Assembly (NCBI GenBank): GCA_965219535.1
Contig: CBDCNV010000001.1
Coordinates: 1,650,001-1,682,000 of the forward strand
Direction: 5' to 3'
Length of the DNA: 32,000 bases
From: Opitutales bacterium
GTDB taxonomy: Bacteria; Verrucomicrobiota; Verrucomicrobiia; Opitutales; PNEW01
Position numbers and translations under genes: made by a program. The notes below the pieces were generated by a model. It was not told the DNA's origin. It saw only the letters and a program-made list of their open reading frames with translations, and did no database searches. Positions within the stretch are counted from its first letter, which is position 1. Every line of letters begins with the position of its first letter. Positions 1 to 8,414 of the stretch are shown here, piece after piece.

Positions 1-2
1 TC

Positions 3-827
3 ATGTTTTTAGGGCCTACCGGTGTTGGCAAGACCCACCTCGCAAAAATTTTGGCGGAAAAAATGTTTGGCGATCAGGACGCTATTGTGCAGATCGATAT
101 GTCCGAATATATGGAAAAATTCTCCGTCTCGCGCCTGATTGGTTCACCTCCCGGGTATGTGGGCTATGAAGAAGGTGGTCAACTTACGGAAACCGTAAGA
201 CGAAAACCCTATTGCATTGTCCTTTTCGATGAGATCGAAAAAGCGCACCCTGATGTCGTGCAGCTTCTCCTGCAAGTCTTTGAGGACGGTCGGTTGACGG
301 ATAGTCTGGGCCGTACCGTAGATTTTAGAAACACGATCATTATCATGACCTCCAATGTTGGAGCGCAGCAGATACAGAAGGGCGGCTCGCTCGGGTTTGG
401 CACCGATGACGACAGCTGTATGAGTGATTATGAAAAAATTAAGGAAAAAATACTCGAGGAATCAAAACGTGTATTTAAGCCGGAGTTTCTTAATCGAATA
501 AATGACATGGTGATTTTCCACAGTCTCAATCGTGAGCACTTAATGAAAATTGTCGGGTTGGAGTTAATCAAAGTAGCCAAGCGATTAATCGAACATGATA
601 TTCAACTTGAAGTAAGTGATGAAGCAAAATATTTTCTCATCGATAAAGGTTATGATGAGAAGTATGGTGCTCGACCCTTACGACGGGCAGTAGAAAGATA
701 TCTGGAAGATCCCCTCGCCGAAGCCATTCTACGTGGTGATTTAAAGAAAAATGAGCTGATTACGGTCATTGTTGAAGATGATCATTTAGACTTCACCCAG
801 GATCAACCCGCGTCGAGTGTGTCTTAA
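3..827 (+). CDS. clpC: Clp/Hsp100 AAA+ ATPase, ClpC-type, C-terminal part (5' end lies outside the window)
   Basis: Walker A motif GPTGVGKT; the D2-domain signature [17 protein letters not shown]; sensor region GARPLRR followed by [12 protein letters not shown], as in ClpC/ClpA D2 plus small domain. The ORF is open to the window edge. Confidence 0.88.
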   Translation: MFLGPTGVGKTHLAKILAEKMFGDQDAIVQIDMSEYMEKFSVSRLIGSPPGYVGYEEGGQLTETVRRKPYCIVLFDEIEKAHPDVVQLLLQVFEDGRLTDSLGRTVDFRNTIIIMTSNVGAQQIQKGGSLGFGTDDDSCMSDYEKIKEKILEESKRVFKPEFLNRINDMVIFHSLNREHLMKIVGLELIKVAKRLIEHDIQLEVSDEAKYFLIDKGYDEKYGARPLRRAVERYLEDPLAEAILRGDLKKNELITVIVEDDHLDFTQDQPASSVS

Positions 828-851
828 GTATAACTGAGTTTTATTTTAAAT

Positions 852-887
852 AAACCGCGCTGCATTTCCAGAGCGCGGTTTATTATT
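852..887 (+). terminator. Rho-independent terminator after clpC
   Basis: AAACCGCGCT (852-861) pairs perfectly with AGCGCGGTTT (872-881) around a 10-nt loop. It runs into TTTATTATT and sits about 25 nt after the stop codon. Confidence 0.7.
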
Positions 888-992
888 GGAGTGAAATCTG
901 GATCTACGCTTATAATAGAAATATTTATCGGCATCGATCTGCCTGGAGAACATTCTACGTAAATCGCGGTCAGTTGAGATACTAATGAACGA

Positions 993-2762
993 ATGAATAG
1001 CCGCCTGGCATATGTAGGATTAATTTTATGGGGTAGCATTTTTCCTGCCTCCGCATCCCTGAATCTTGATTCGCCCTATGGATCAGGGAGCGACAGGATT
1101 GTCGAATTCGCTGCTGATGAGGGTTGGACAGCTGTAACTCCGCTACTAACAGATAAAGCATTCGAAGCTTATGAGAATGGTGAGAAAACAGCTGTAAACT
1201 GGTATTATCTTTCACGATGGGCGGATCTTTTAGCGTCCAACGAAGGGGATGTCGTAAGTGCTTGGATTGACGCGATTGATAAAGCCAGGTTGGGACATAA
1301 AAATATGGCTCAACGCTATACTCTGTATAAACGACCATTAAATAGCCATTTCTCGCTCTCCCTGCAAAAAGTTTTACTTGGAGATTTTGCATTTTCTCGG
1401 GAGTTTTTTGATCTACTTTCCCCGTATGATTATCTACCCGGCGTCCTTCAGATCCTTAATCATCTTCATAAAAAAAACCGAAAATATTTTTATGAATACC
1501 GTCGGTTAGCACTCGCCATTGCCGTTGTTTATGATGTGCCCCCGCCTCCGGGATGGCCTCATTTCCAGGTTCCTGATTCAATCCTTCCACGTGAATTACC
1601 GGATATTGATACAGCGTTCGACTACTGGGTAGAACTTAATGAAAGGGCGCAATGTCCTTACGATCTCTCCAAAATGTCCGTGGAAGAACTTAAATTTCTC
1701 GTCGATACGCCGGCCATCGATGATTTTCAATGGGTGCAGGAAAATATTCATAACAAACCCGAGAAATTTGCCGAAGTCTATAGTCGCATCAACTATCGCT
1801 TCGATCGAGTATCGAGTAACCAATTCATATGGCGCGGAAAGGATTACCAACTTAAAACAATACTTAATTACGGGGGAATCTGTGTCGATCAAGCGTACTT
1901 TGCGGCACAGGCAGGTAAAGCAAAAGGTATTCCCACCCTCGTCTTTCGCGGTGCGGGGATGGATGGCCGGCATGCATGGTTTGGTTTTATGCCGGATAAA
2001 GGGGTTTGGGAATTTAATGGAGGGAGAGAAGGGGACAACCGTTACGTGACTGGCTATGCTCATGATCCGCAAACATGGGCTAATATAACAGATCACCAAC
2101 TTCAATTTCTGGGGGAGCGTTTTCACCATAGTTATTACTATCAAAAGTCATTGCTTCATGCCTATTTTGCCCACCGCTATCTCGAATTCGATGATCCGGT
2201 TTCCGCACAAGAAGCAGCAGAAAATGCTTTGCGCTTTGAAAAGAGAAACCAGGTTGCCTGGGAGGCGCTCTTTTCAGCTACTGGATTACTGAGCGACGAT
2301 CCGCGAGAGACGGAAAAAGTGTTACGTCGCTCGGCCCAGGCATACCGTTATAACCCGGACCTCGAAACTTTTTATTTGAATCGTGTGATTGAGAGTCTGG
2401 AGAATCGAGGTGAACAGAGTCGAGCCCAGCGGGAAAAATATTTATTAACAATTAAGAATAAGAGTGACCGCAAGGACATCAGTATCCAACAAGCAGCCGA
2501 CCGACTTTTAGTGAATATGATAGATGATCCCCTCGCGGCTCGTCTGCGCTATTTCCGTGTGGTTCTTCTCCAATTGGGAAGAATAGGTGGAATCGATGTT
2601 TATGATCGTATTGTGATGCCATTTGTTCAGCAACTGAGGGCAAGTGGCCATAAACGCGAAGCCTATCAAATGTTAGTCTATGCGCGTGAAAAATTTGAAG
2701 CACGATCAGGAAGTATGCTCGATCAGGAACTTAAACGGCAGTTGAATATATTTAAGCCATAA
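993..2762 (+). CDS. Secreted transglutaminase-like (cysteine protease fold) protein with a helical-repeat C-terminus
   Basis: N-terminal signal-like peptide (LILWGSIFPASA). Core region GICVDQAYFAAQAGKAKGIP ... GRHAWFGF resembles the Cys/His catalytic core of transglutaminase-like domains. The C-terminal third is helical and TPR-like. Confidence 0.55.
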   Translation: MNSRLAYVGLILWGSIFPASASLNLDSPYGSGSDRIVEFAADEGWTAVTPLLTDKAFEAYENGEKTAVNWYYLSRWADLLASNEGDVVSAWIDAIDKARLGHKNMAQRYTLYKRPLNSHFSLSLQKVLLGDFAFSREFFDLLSPYDYLPGVLQILNHLHKKNRKYFYEYRRLALAIAVVYDVPPPPGWPHFQVPDSILPRELPDIDTAFDYWVELNERAQCPYDLSKMSVEELKFLVDTPAIDDFQWVQENIHNKPEKFAEVYSRINYRFDRVSSNQFIWRGKDYQLKTILNYGGICVDQAYFAAQAGKAKGIPTLVFRGAGMDGRHAWFGFMPDKGVWEFNGGREGDNRYVTGYAHDPQTWANITDHQLQFLGERFHHSYYYQKSLLHAYFAHRYLEFDDPVSAQEAAENALRFEKRNQVAWEALFSATGLLSDDPRETEKVLRRSAQAYRYNPDLETFYLNRVIESLENRGEQSRAQREKYLLTIKNKSDRKDISIQQAADRLLVNMIDDPLAARLRYFRVVLLQLGRIGGIDVYDRIVMPFVQQLRASGHKREAYQMLVYAREKFEARSGSMLDQELKRQLNIFKP

Positions 2763-2825
2763 AGGGCAGCATAAAAAAGTGGATATTTTAGAAGCTAATT
2801 ATATTTTGTCTTGTCAAATAGTAAT

Positions 2826-2841
2826 GGGAATGTAATTACCC
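2826..2841. promoter_or_regulatory. Conserved intergenic motif GGGAATGTAATTACCC (copy 1), ending 21 nt upstream of the ndk ATG
   Basis: One of three intergenic copies of GGGA-N2-3-GTAATTACCC. The core GTAATTAC is its own reverse complement. Confidence 0.35.
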
Positions 2842-2862
2842 GGATTCTTCATACATTAACTA

Positions 2863-3282
2863 ATGGAAAAAACACTTTTAATTTTTAAACCGGATTCGCT
2901 TGAAAAGAAACAAGTGGGTGAAGTTCTACAACGTTTAGAAGATAAGGGATTCGAAATCTGTGCATGCAAAATGGTTACGTTGTCGAGTGGTCTTCTTCGC
3001 GAGCACTATGCTCATCTCCTTGAACTGCCAAATTATCCTGTAATTGAAGAATTCATGTCGAAACGACCGGTAATTATTATAGTATTGCAGATTGAAAATG
3101 CGGTGAAAAAAGCGCGTGACCTGATTGGTCCGACTGATTCTAAAAAAGCTGAAAAGGGGACTATCAGGGGAGATTTAGGTACTGATCTTATGCATAATGT
3201 AGTCCACGCATCCGACAGTGTCGAAAATGCCAAATTGGAGATTAAAAGATTTTTTTCTTCAGACGAAGTCTTCGACCTTTAG
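2863..3282 (+). CDS. ndk: Nucleoside diphosphate kinase
   Basis: TLLIFKPD start, GPTD and TIRGD motifs, and the active-site region NVVHASDS with its catalytic His. Length is 139 aa. Confidence 0.93.
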   Translation: MEKTLLIFKPDSLEKKQVGEVLQRLEDKGFEICACKMVTLSSGLLREHYAHLLELPNYPVIEEFMSKRPVIIIVLQIENAVKKARDLIGPTDSKKAEKGTIRGDLGTDLMHNVVHASDSVENAKLEIKRFFSSDEVFDL

Positions 3283-3350
3283 GTTTAAGGCGATTGAGGA
3301 ATAGTAGTCAGTAAATTGTGGCTGTTGAAGTTGTATTTAAATCGCATTAA

Positions 3351-3386
3351 TCTTCGTCTTCGTCTGCTTCATCGTCTTCGTCGTCT
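3351..3386. repeat. Imperfect hexamer repeat (TCTTCG-like, about 6 units); left arm of a nested inverted repeat
   Basis: Sequence tcttcg tcttcg tctgct tcatcg tcttcg tcgtct. TCTTCGTC occurs at 3351-3358 and 3375-3382, and its exact reverse complement GACGAAGA occurs at 3554-3561. Confidence 0.7.
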
Positions 3387-3456
3387 TTTAATTTATTTCC
3401 ACCCTTATCTCTAATCGTCTGATTTGAACTATTGGGTATATTATTTTTCAATCGGC

Positions 3457-3513
3457 CACGACGGAGCGTGGCCCTCCCTATCCACCCCTTCTGGAGGGCC
3501 ACGCTCCGTCGTG
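3457..3513. repeat. Perfect 21-bp GC-rich inverted repeat (hairpin) between convergent ndk and ispF; possible bidirectional terminator or REP-like element
   Basis: CACGACGGAGCGTGGCCCTCC (3457-3477) is the exact reverse complement of GGAGGGCCACGCTCCGTCGTG (3493-3513), with a 15-nt loop. TATTTTT (3442-3448) and AAAAATA (3520-3526) extend the stem across an internal loop. Confidence 0.6.
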
Positions 3514-3553
3514 ACTGCTAAAAATACAAATTGTAATTATATAGTAATTAAAT

Positions 3554-3582
3554 GACGAAGAGGCAAACGAAGATGAAGAGAG
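3554..3582. repeat. Imperfect hexamer repeat (CGAAGA-like); right arm, inverted relative to 3351-3386
   Basis: Sequence gacgaa gaggca aacgaa gatgaa gagag. It is purine-rich and mirrors the pyrimidine-rich left arm. Confidence 0.6.
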
Positions 3583-3616
3583 TTTAATCTAACAACCATT
3601 TACTGTTCACTTTTTC

Positions 3617-4105
3617 CTACCCCTCAGCAGTCAGTAGGCATACAGCGTGAGTGGCGATTCCACCCCCACGTCCGATATCGCCTAATTTTTCATTGGTCGT
3701 TGCTTTTATACCAATTTCGGAAACTTCAATACCCAAGGTCGCGGAGAGCGTTGCTTTCATCGCGCTGATATATGAAGAGATTTTCGGTGCTTCAGCGATA
3801 ACCGTGATATCGGTGTTTACTAATTGATATCCATGAGCCTTTGCTTCCTCCACCGCTTTCTTCAATATTTCCTGTGAGCAGAGGTCTTTGTATTTCTCGT
3901 CGGTATCGGGAAAATAGGCGCCGATATCGGAGAGGCCAGCAGCGCCGAGTATCGCATCTGCGAGGGCATGCGTGAGGCAATCGGCATCAGAATGTCCTTC
4001 AAGCCCTTTATCAAAAGGTATAGTTACACCGCCAAGCACGAGTTTTCGGCCTGTCACCAACTGATGGACATCATATCCAAATCCTATGCGATAGGGTGAA
4101 GGCAC
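3617..4105 (-). CDS. ispF: 2-C-methyl-D-erythritol 2,4-cyclodiphosphate synthase
   Basis: IGFGYDVH, GHSDADCLTHALADAILGA and DIGAYFPDTD motifs. Length is 162 aa with a GTG start. Confidence 0.93.
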   Translation of the reverse strand: MPSPYRIGFGYDVHQLVTGRKLVLGGVTIPFDKGLEGHSDADCLTHALADAILGAAGLSDIGAYFPDTDEKYKDLCSQEILKKAVEEAKAHGYQLVNTDITVIAEAPKISSYISAMKATLSATLGIEVSEIGIKATTNEKLGDIGRGGGIATHAVCLLTAEG

Positions 4106-4114
4106 TGTTGAAAA

Positions 4115-4831
4115 TCAAGATAGCTTAAGATCCTCGATGAAGTTTTCGATCATGGCGATGTCTTCAGGGATCGTGAGTTTGGGGTTCGGCTTAGTGCTTT
4201 CCAGAAGGCTGATTGTATGTCCATAGTTAATTACTGCCGTTGTATCATCAGTTGCCTTGATTTTTTTTTCTTTCAATGACTGGTAAGCGTCGACGATAAG
4301 ATTTCGTTCAAATACCTGCGGTGTCTCCATCGCCCAAAGTTTGCTTCGATCTAAATTAGTTAATTGAAGTTGGCGCAGATCCTCGTTGTCAGAATCAATT
4401 TGTTTTATTGTGTCCGTTACCTTATGGGCGAGCGTGACCGCTTTATCTTTTTTAACCCGATCTATAAGATTATTCAGTGATTGGCGATCAATAAGGGGAC
4501 GTGCACAATCATGTATAAAAACATAGTCTATATTATCGGTGAGTTTGGAGAGCGCATTATATACCGAATCCTGACGCTCTGTCCCGCCCATCACCCAGCG
4601 AATATTTAAGTCTGCAATGGGATGATTCTCTATAGCTTGAGAAATACCAATACGTTGAACCTGATCGCGATAGGCGATAATGTATTCATCCACCGTGCCA
4701 CTGGTGGCAAACGCTTCGAGGGAGTAGTTTACGACCGGTTTACCTTTTAAAGGAACTAATATTTTATCGGTAACCTGGTCTCGCATCCGGGCGCTTATTC
4801 CTGCGCACAATAATATTACAGCATTGGGCAT
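4115..4831 (-). CDS. ispD: 2-C-methyl-D-erythritol 4-phosphate cytidylyltransferase
   Basis: AVILLCAGISARM N-terminus (the glycine-rich nucleotide loop), GGTERQDSV and HDCARPL motifs. It lies 9 nt upstream of ispF on the same strand. Confidence 0.9.
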   Translation of the reverse strand: MPNAVILLCAGISARMRDQVTDKILVPLKGKPVVNYSLEAFATSGTVDEYIIAYRDQVQRIGISQAIENHPIADLNIRWVMGGTERQDSVYNALSKLTDNIDYVFIHDCARPLIDRQSLNNLIDRVKKDKAVTLAHKVTDTIKQIDSDNEDLRQLQLTNLDRSKLWAMETPQVFERNLIVDAYQSLKEKKIKATDDTTAVINYGHTISLLESTKPNPKLTIPEDIAMIENFIEDLKLS

Positions 4832-5003
4832 AGTGAATTTAAGAATAGTTTAACCGGAGATAGCCAGAAAAATTCGTTATTCATTATCTGAATTTCTCGT
4901 CGGTGCATTGTTTATCTCCCTTTCAAGGGTATAAGGCTCAGGGCTTATTTTTTTCCCTCATGGGGTCTTGCTAATTATTCACGAATGCGCCTTTAGGCGA
5001 TAA

Positions 5004-6032
5004 TCAAATGGGAGGAGCGATTTTATAGCGGGACCAATTTTCAATAATTTCATGAATAACCTTGCTTCCCACGCGTTGTAAAGAACGCAAGCTGGGAATA
5101 TACCCAGGAAATAGATTTCCATCTCCATCATCCCCCCCACGCAGGCTTTGCAGGGGTGTCATCCCATCGGGTGCCTGCATCGTAAAGTTGCTCGCTGAAC
5201 GCAGTAATAGAATACGATCCCAATCAATCCTATGGGCAGTGGCGAGTTGGTAAAGAGCTCTAAGCGTACCGGCATCCTCCATCGTTGAAGTTACAAACCG
5301 CCCCTTTTCATGCGTCCAGAATTCAACCCACCGTTCTGCCCACTGATTAGACAATTTCCCGTGCCAGTAACGTGTAGCAGAAAGGTTATCACCTTTGAGG
5401 ACAAAAGGGGGACGTTGAGCTTCAGGAAAATCTAAATAGCGATTACGATAGCTCGCGAGGAGATCACTATCGAGATCCGATAAATTCAGAGACCGCGTAT
5501 TTTTATAAGCCCAATCACTAAGATTAGAATTGAGCGTGTAGAGCTCACTATTGAGAAACAGGTCGGCAGCCTTTTTTGATCGTTGACTATAAGGGGTGTC
5601 ACAACCGAGTGGTAGAATACCGGTAGACCAAGCTGGCGGTATTTCCCGCGCATCGATTTCGTGGGCAAGATCACCATCAACGCAATAATCGGCCCAGGCG
5701 GTGCACGCCAGTGACCCAAAGCGCGGATTAATTCCAGCAATTCCGGCAATTAAAAAATAGGCGTGAGTTAAATCAAAACGTGGATCGAGACCAAAAGCCA
5801 TCGTCGTCGAAGCAGCTTTAGCTGCACCAATACCAATCGTCAGGGCAACGAGGCCCGCTTCATTTGACCATATGCCATCTTGGCCATATGAGAAGTCATG
5901 GGTTTTCTCCAGCCCTTCGGCCTCTCTGAAATATTGAAATTCACCTGGTTCATCAGATTCGAATTCGTACATCGAGATGAGAACACATTTTACAGGGAGA
6001 GGTTTAATTGAATGGGTTAAAGTACTGGCCAT
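5004..6032 (-). CDS. Purine nucleoside permease (NUP) family protein with a nucleoside-phosphorylase-like fold
   Basis: YFLIAGIAGINP ... AHEIDAREIP block and overall length match my memory of the NUP family (PF06516). No obvious signal peptide. Confidence 0.65.
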   Translation of the reverse strand: MASTLTHSIKPLPVKCVLISMYEFESDEPGEFQYFREAEGLEKTHDFSYGQDGIWSNEAGLVALTIGIGAAKAASTTMAFGLDPRFDLTHAYFLIAGIAGINPRFGSLACTAWADYCVDGDLAHEIDAREIPPAWSTGILPLGCDTPYSQRSKKAADLFLNSELYTLNSNLSDWAYKNTRSLNLSDLDSDLLASYRNRYLDFPEAQRPPFVLKGDNLSATRYWHGKLSNQWAERWVEFWTHEKGRFVTSTMEDAGTLRALYQLATAHRIDWDRILLLRSASNFTMQAPDGMTPLQSLRGGDDGDGNLFPGYIPSLRSLQRVGSKVIHEIIENWSRYKIAPPI

Positions 6033-6256
6033 CGATTTATACCGATCTTACAGTGGGATTTCACTCGATGTTCATGTGCTGGTCGAGATGATTCCTTTGT
6101 GCGCAACAGATTTTTTTACGCAAAACGGGTTTCCTATCTGGAGAGTCAAACTGTGGCACTTGCTTGCGTAGGACATTTAATTAAAGTATAATCATTTAAG
6201 CTATTATTTAAATATTTCTTGGGACTTAATCTTACCGAAGATGAAGAGTGAATTGA

Positions 6257-6892
6257 ATGGATTTTGAAAAACAAAGATCAGCTTTAATAAAAAAGCTGAT
6301 CCATTATCGGGTAGGTGGGATGAAAGATGCATGTGTTATCCGTGCATTTAAAAAAGTGCCAAGGCATCGATTTATAGAACCTTCATTTCAAGCTCATGCA
6401 TATGAAGATCGCGCGATGCCAATTGCCTGTGATCAAACGATATCACAACCTTTTATCGTCTGTTGGATGTCGGAGGGTTTGGCACTTAACAAAGATCATC
6501 GCGTTCTTGAGCTTGGAACTGGAAGTGGTTATCAAACAGCGATCCTGGCTGAAATTGTTAAAGAAGTATATACGATTGAATATTATCCAGTCCTTGTAGA
6601 ACAAGCACATGAAATACTAAATGAGTTGGGCTATAAAAACATTCATTTTCGCACTGGAGATGGCTACGAAGGTTGGTCAGAGTCAGGTCCTTTTGACAGT
6701 ATCCTTGTCGCATGCAGGGTCGACAAGGTACCACCGTCATTAAAAGATCAACTTGCCGAGGGTGGAAGAATGGTGATACCTGTAGGCCCGGAAAACAGGC
6801 AGATCCTTCACGCTTTCATTAAAAGAGACGGGCAATTACATAGCTTGAATGAAATTGAAGTAAGATTTGTTCCATTGTTAAGGAATTGTTAA
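6257..6892 (+). CDS. pcm: Protein-L-isoaspartate O-methyltransferase
   Basis: VPRHRF, TISQPFIV and the SAM-binding motif VLELGTGSGYQTAILA. Length is 211 aa. Confidence 0.92.
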   Translation: MDFEKQRSALIKKLIHYRVGGMKDACVIRAFKKVPRHRFIEPSFQAHAYEDRAMPIACDQTISQPFIVCWMSEGLALNKDHRVLELGTGSGYQTAILAEIVKEVYTIEYYPVLVEQAHEILNELGYKNIHFRTGDGYEGWSESGPFDSILVACRVDKVPPSLKDQLAEGGRMVIPVGPENRQILHAFIKRDGQLHSLNEIEVRFVPLLRNC

Positions 6893-6998
6893 TTGAAAAT
6901 TAACTAAGGGTTATAGCGGATGATCACGCTTCACTTTTGTTCGTTTAACAATGCATTTTACTACAAAAGAATACTCCCGCTAACGAGGAACGAATACA

Positions 6999-7015
6999 GG
7001 GATTAGTAATTACCC
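6999..7015. promoter_or_regulatory. Conserved intergenic motif GGGATTAGTAATTACCC (copy 2)
   Basis: Second copy of the GGGA-N2-3-GTAATTACCC motif. It lies in the AT-rich 350-bp spacer, 228 nt upstream of the next annotated ATG. Confidence 0.3.
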
Positions 7016-7243
7016 TTTATATACCTTAAATTTCTGTAGAAAAAAGGCTTTGATCGTCTTAACGATAACCTGATTTAAAGAATATTATAATTTATGTAAA
7101 AAAAGTGTTATTTAAAATCAGACTGGTATTTTAATGTATTATAGTGTATATAATATAATATTATAAGATAATATCTTTACTTATATTCTGTAGTCATCTG
7201 TTAGTGTTAGATAACTTTAAAAATATAGGGTTAAAATCTTTAT

Positions 7244-7705
7244 ATGATTCCGAAGCAAGTCAGGAACGTAGTATATCTGCTCCTCCTTATAGGATTGGGC
7301 TATTGGGGGTTTAATGTAGTCCGATTACATACCCGCCAGGAAGTAATCGCCTTTAAGAGTTATTCCAGCGCCCTCATGGATGGAAATAAAATAAAGGCGC
7401 GTAAATTGGCTGTCGATAAGACCGCTCTGGAACCGTTTGCGAAACGAAAAAAACGCAGTGAATCATTGCGTGGTGAAGTTCGTATTACTTATTATAAAAT
7501 AAGAAGTATAAGGCGGGGCAAGAAGGGAAAGACTGCCAATTTAGAAATCCGCCAAGTTATTCGCCTTGATCCGCCAGGCATTGACACCCTCTTTGGTACA
7601 GTAGTGGTATTCAATAACCAACGAGTATCCATGGTTCAAAAAGAATCTAAATGGATGATCGAGAAGTATAGTGATAGCTTTTTTAGTCCGGGGATGAAGG
7701 AATAG
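7244..7705 (+). CDS. Hypothetical membrane-anchored small protein
   Basis: A 153-aa ORF with one N-terminal TM helix (VVYLLLLIGLGYWGF) and a lysine/arginine-rich soluble domain ending in KWMIEKYS. I recognise no family. Confidence 0.5.
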   Translation: MIPKQVRNVVYLLLLIGLGYWGFNVVRLHTRQEVIAFKSYSSALMDGNKIKARKLAVDKTALEPFAKRKKRSESLRGEVRITYYKIRSIRRGKKGKTANLEIRQVIRLDPPGIDTLFGTVVVFNNQRVSMVQKESKWMIEKYSDSFFSPGMKE

Positions 7706-7840
7706 GCAATGGGCAATTGTTGCTCACTGCGCTGAGGTTAGTCTTAAGATCGATTTTCTTGTCCAAGCTTACACCTTCTGTAGGGTTGGCCTTAAATCAA
7801 AAAGATCATATTGATCTTTGCTCAGACAATTGCTTGATCA

Positions 7841-8344
7841 ATGACTTACTCTCTAAAATTTATCGCTACCGCCGTTTTCCTTGTTTGTCTATTGGGGATC
7901 ATAATCTTTTTAGGAACAGAGAGCGAAGAGCGCAAAATTAATAAAAGACTAGACAAGCTCATTGCGCTTAATGAAAAATCAGGGCAGGAAAATAAACTTA
8001 ATGCGGTAAGTAAAGCGCGCAGAATTTCGAATTTTTTTACAGAAAATTGTCAGATTGATCTTCCTTACGGAAGGGGGACGGTAGCAGGGCGTGATCTACT
8101 AACCGGTTCTGTAATTCAGCTACGTGCTCAATCGGATACAATTTCACTATCTTTAAGAGAACGTTCAGTTACTCTCGCGACGAGCGAAATTTCCGCCAAT
8201 ATGAAAATAACGGTTAAAGTCAGTGGAGACTTCATCAATGACGAATATAGCGACCTGGTAGGAATATATCTGGAATGGGATAAAATTGATAACGATTGGT
8301 TTATTGACCGTGTTTCTTTACCTGAAAGTAATTATAGTCAGTAA
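7841..8344 (+). CDS. Hypothetical membrane-anchored small protein (possibly NTF2-like fold)
   Basis: A 167-aa ORF with an N-terminal TM helix (FIATAVFLVCLLGIIIFLG) and a soluble domain ending in DWFIDRVS. The architecture matches that of the upstream ORF. Confidence 0.5.
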   Translation: MTYSLKFIATAVFLVCLLGIIIFLGTESEERKINKRLDKLIALNEKSGQENKLNAVSKARRISNFFTENCQIDLPYGRGTVAGRDLLTGSVIQLRAQSDTISLSLRERSVTLATSEISANMKITVKVSGDFINDEYSDLVGIYLEWDKIDNDWFIDRVSLPESNYSQ

Positions 8345-8414
8345 AATATTAAATATTTTCTTTAAATTTTTTCATAGAAGATAATAATAAATAGAAATTC
8401 AATTGTATAGCAGG

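Noticed and set aside
1596-2144. A 182-aa antisense ORF inside the transglutaminase-like gene, and similar nested ORFs (e.g. 982-1392, 15883-16305, 21625-22014, 30638-31045, 26003-26320)
   Set aside because: These are shadow ORFs opposite or out of frame to strongly supported genes. They have low-complexity or atypical composition and no recognisable motifs.
3347-3517. Minus-strand reading frame ending in an acidic tail (..KDDEDDEADEDED stop) across the ndk-ispF spacer, and an 11-codon ORF (MTKRQTKMKRV) at 3552-3587
   Set aside because: The long frame has no ATG and is bounded by a stop at 3518-3520. The tiny ORF has no supporting signal. Both are likely by-products of the hexamer repeats.
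3340-3590. Retron-like msr/msd ncRNA suggested by the flanking inverted repeats and central hairpin
   Set aside because: There is no reverse transcriptase gene nearby. The element sits between two convergent housekeeping genes.
4832-5003. Possible terminator or riboswitch in the spacer between the NUP-family gene and ispD
   Set aside because: Only 4-5 bp stems are present (for example around cccttgaaaggg). The T7 run is on the strand opposite to transcription.
6033-6256. Purine riboswitch upstream of the purine nucleoside permease-family gene
   Set aside because: Reading the minus-strand leader, I could not find the conserved junction and loop sequences of the purine riboswitch, only short unconvincing stems.
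6920-7006. A 28-codon ORF (MITLHFCSFNNAFYYKRILPLTRNEYRD) in the AT-rich spacer
   Set aside because: It is too short to support from sequence alone. I note only that it ends within motif copy 2.
7717-7941. A 74-aa ORF spanning the spacer and overlapping the start of the 7841 gene
   Set aside because: It has a non-ATG start in the track and overlaps a better-supported ORF in another frame. It has no motif support.
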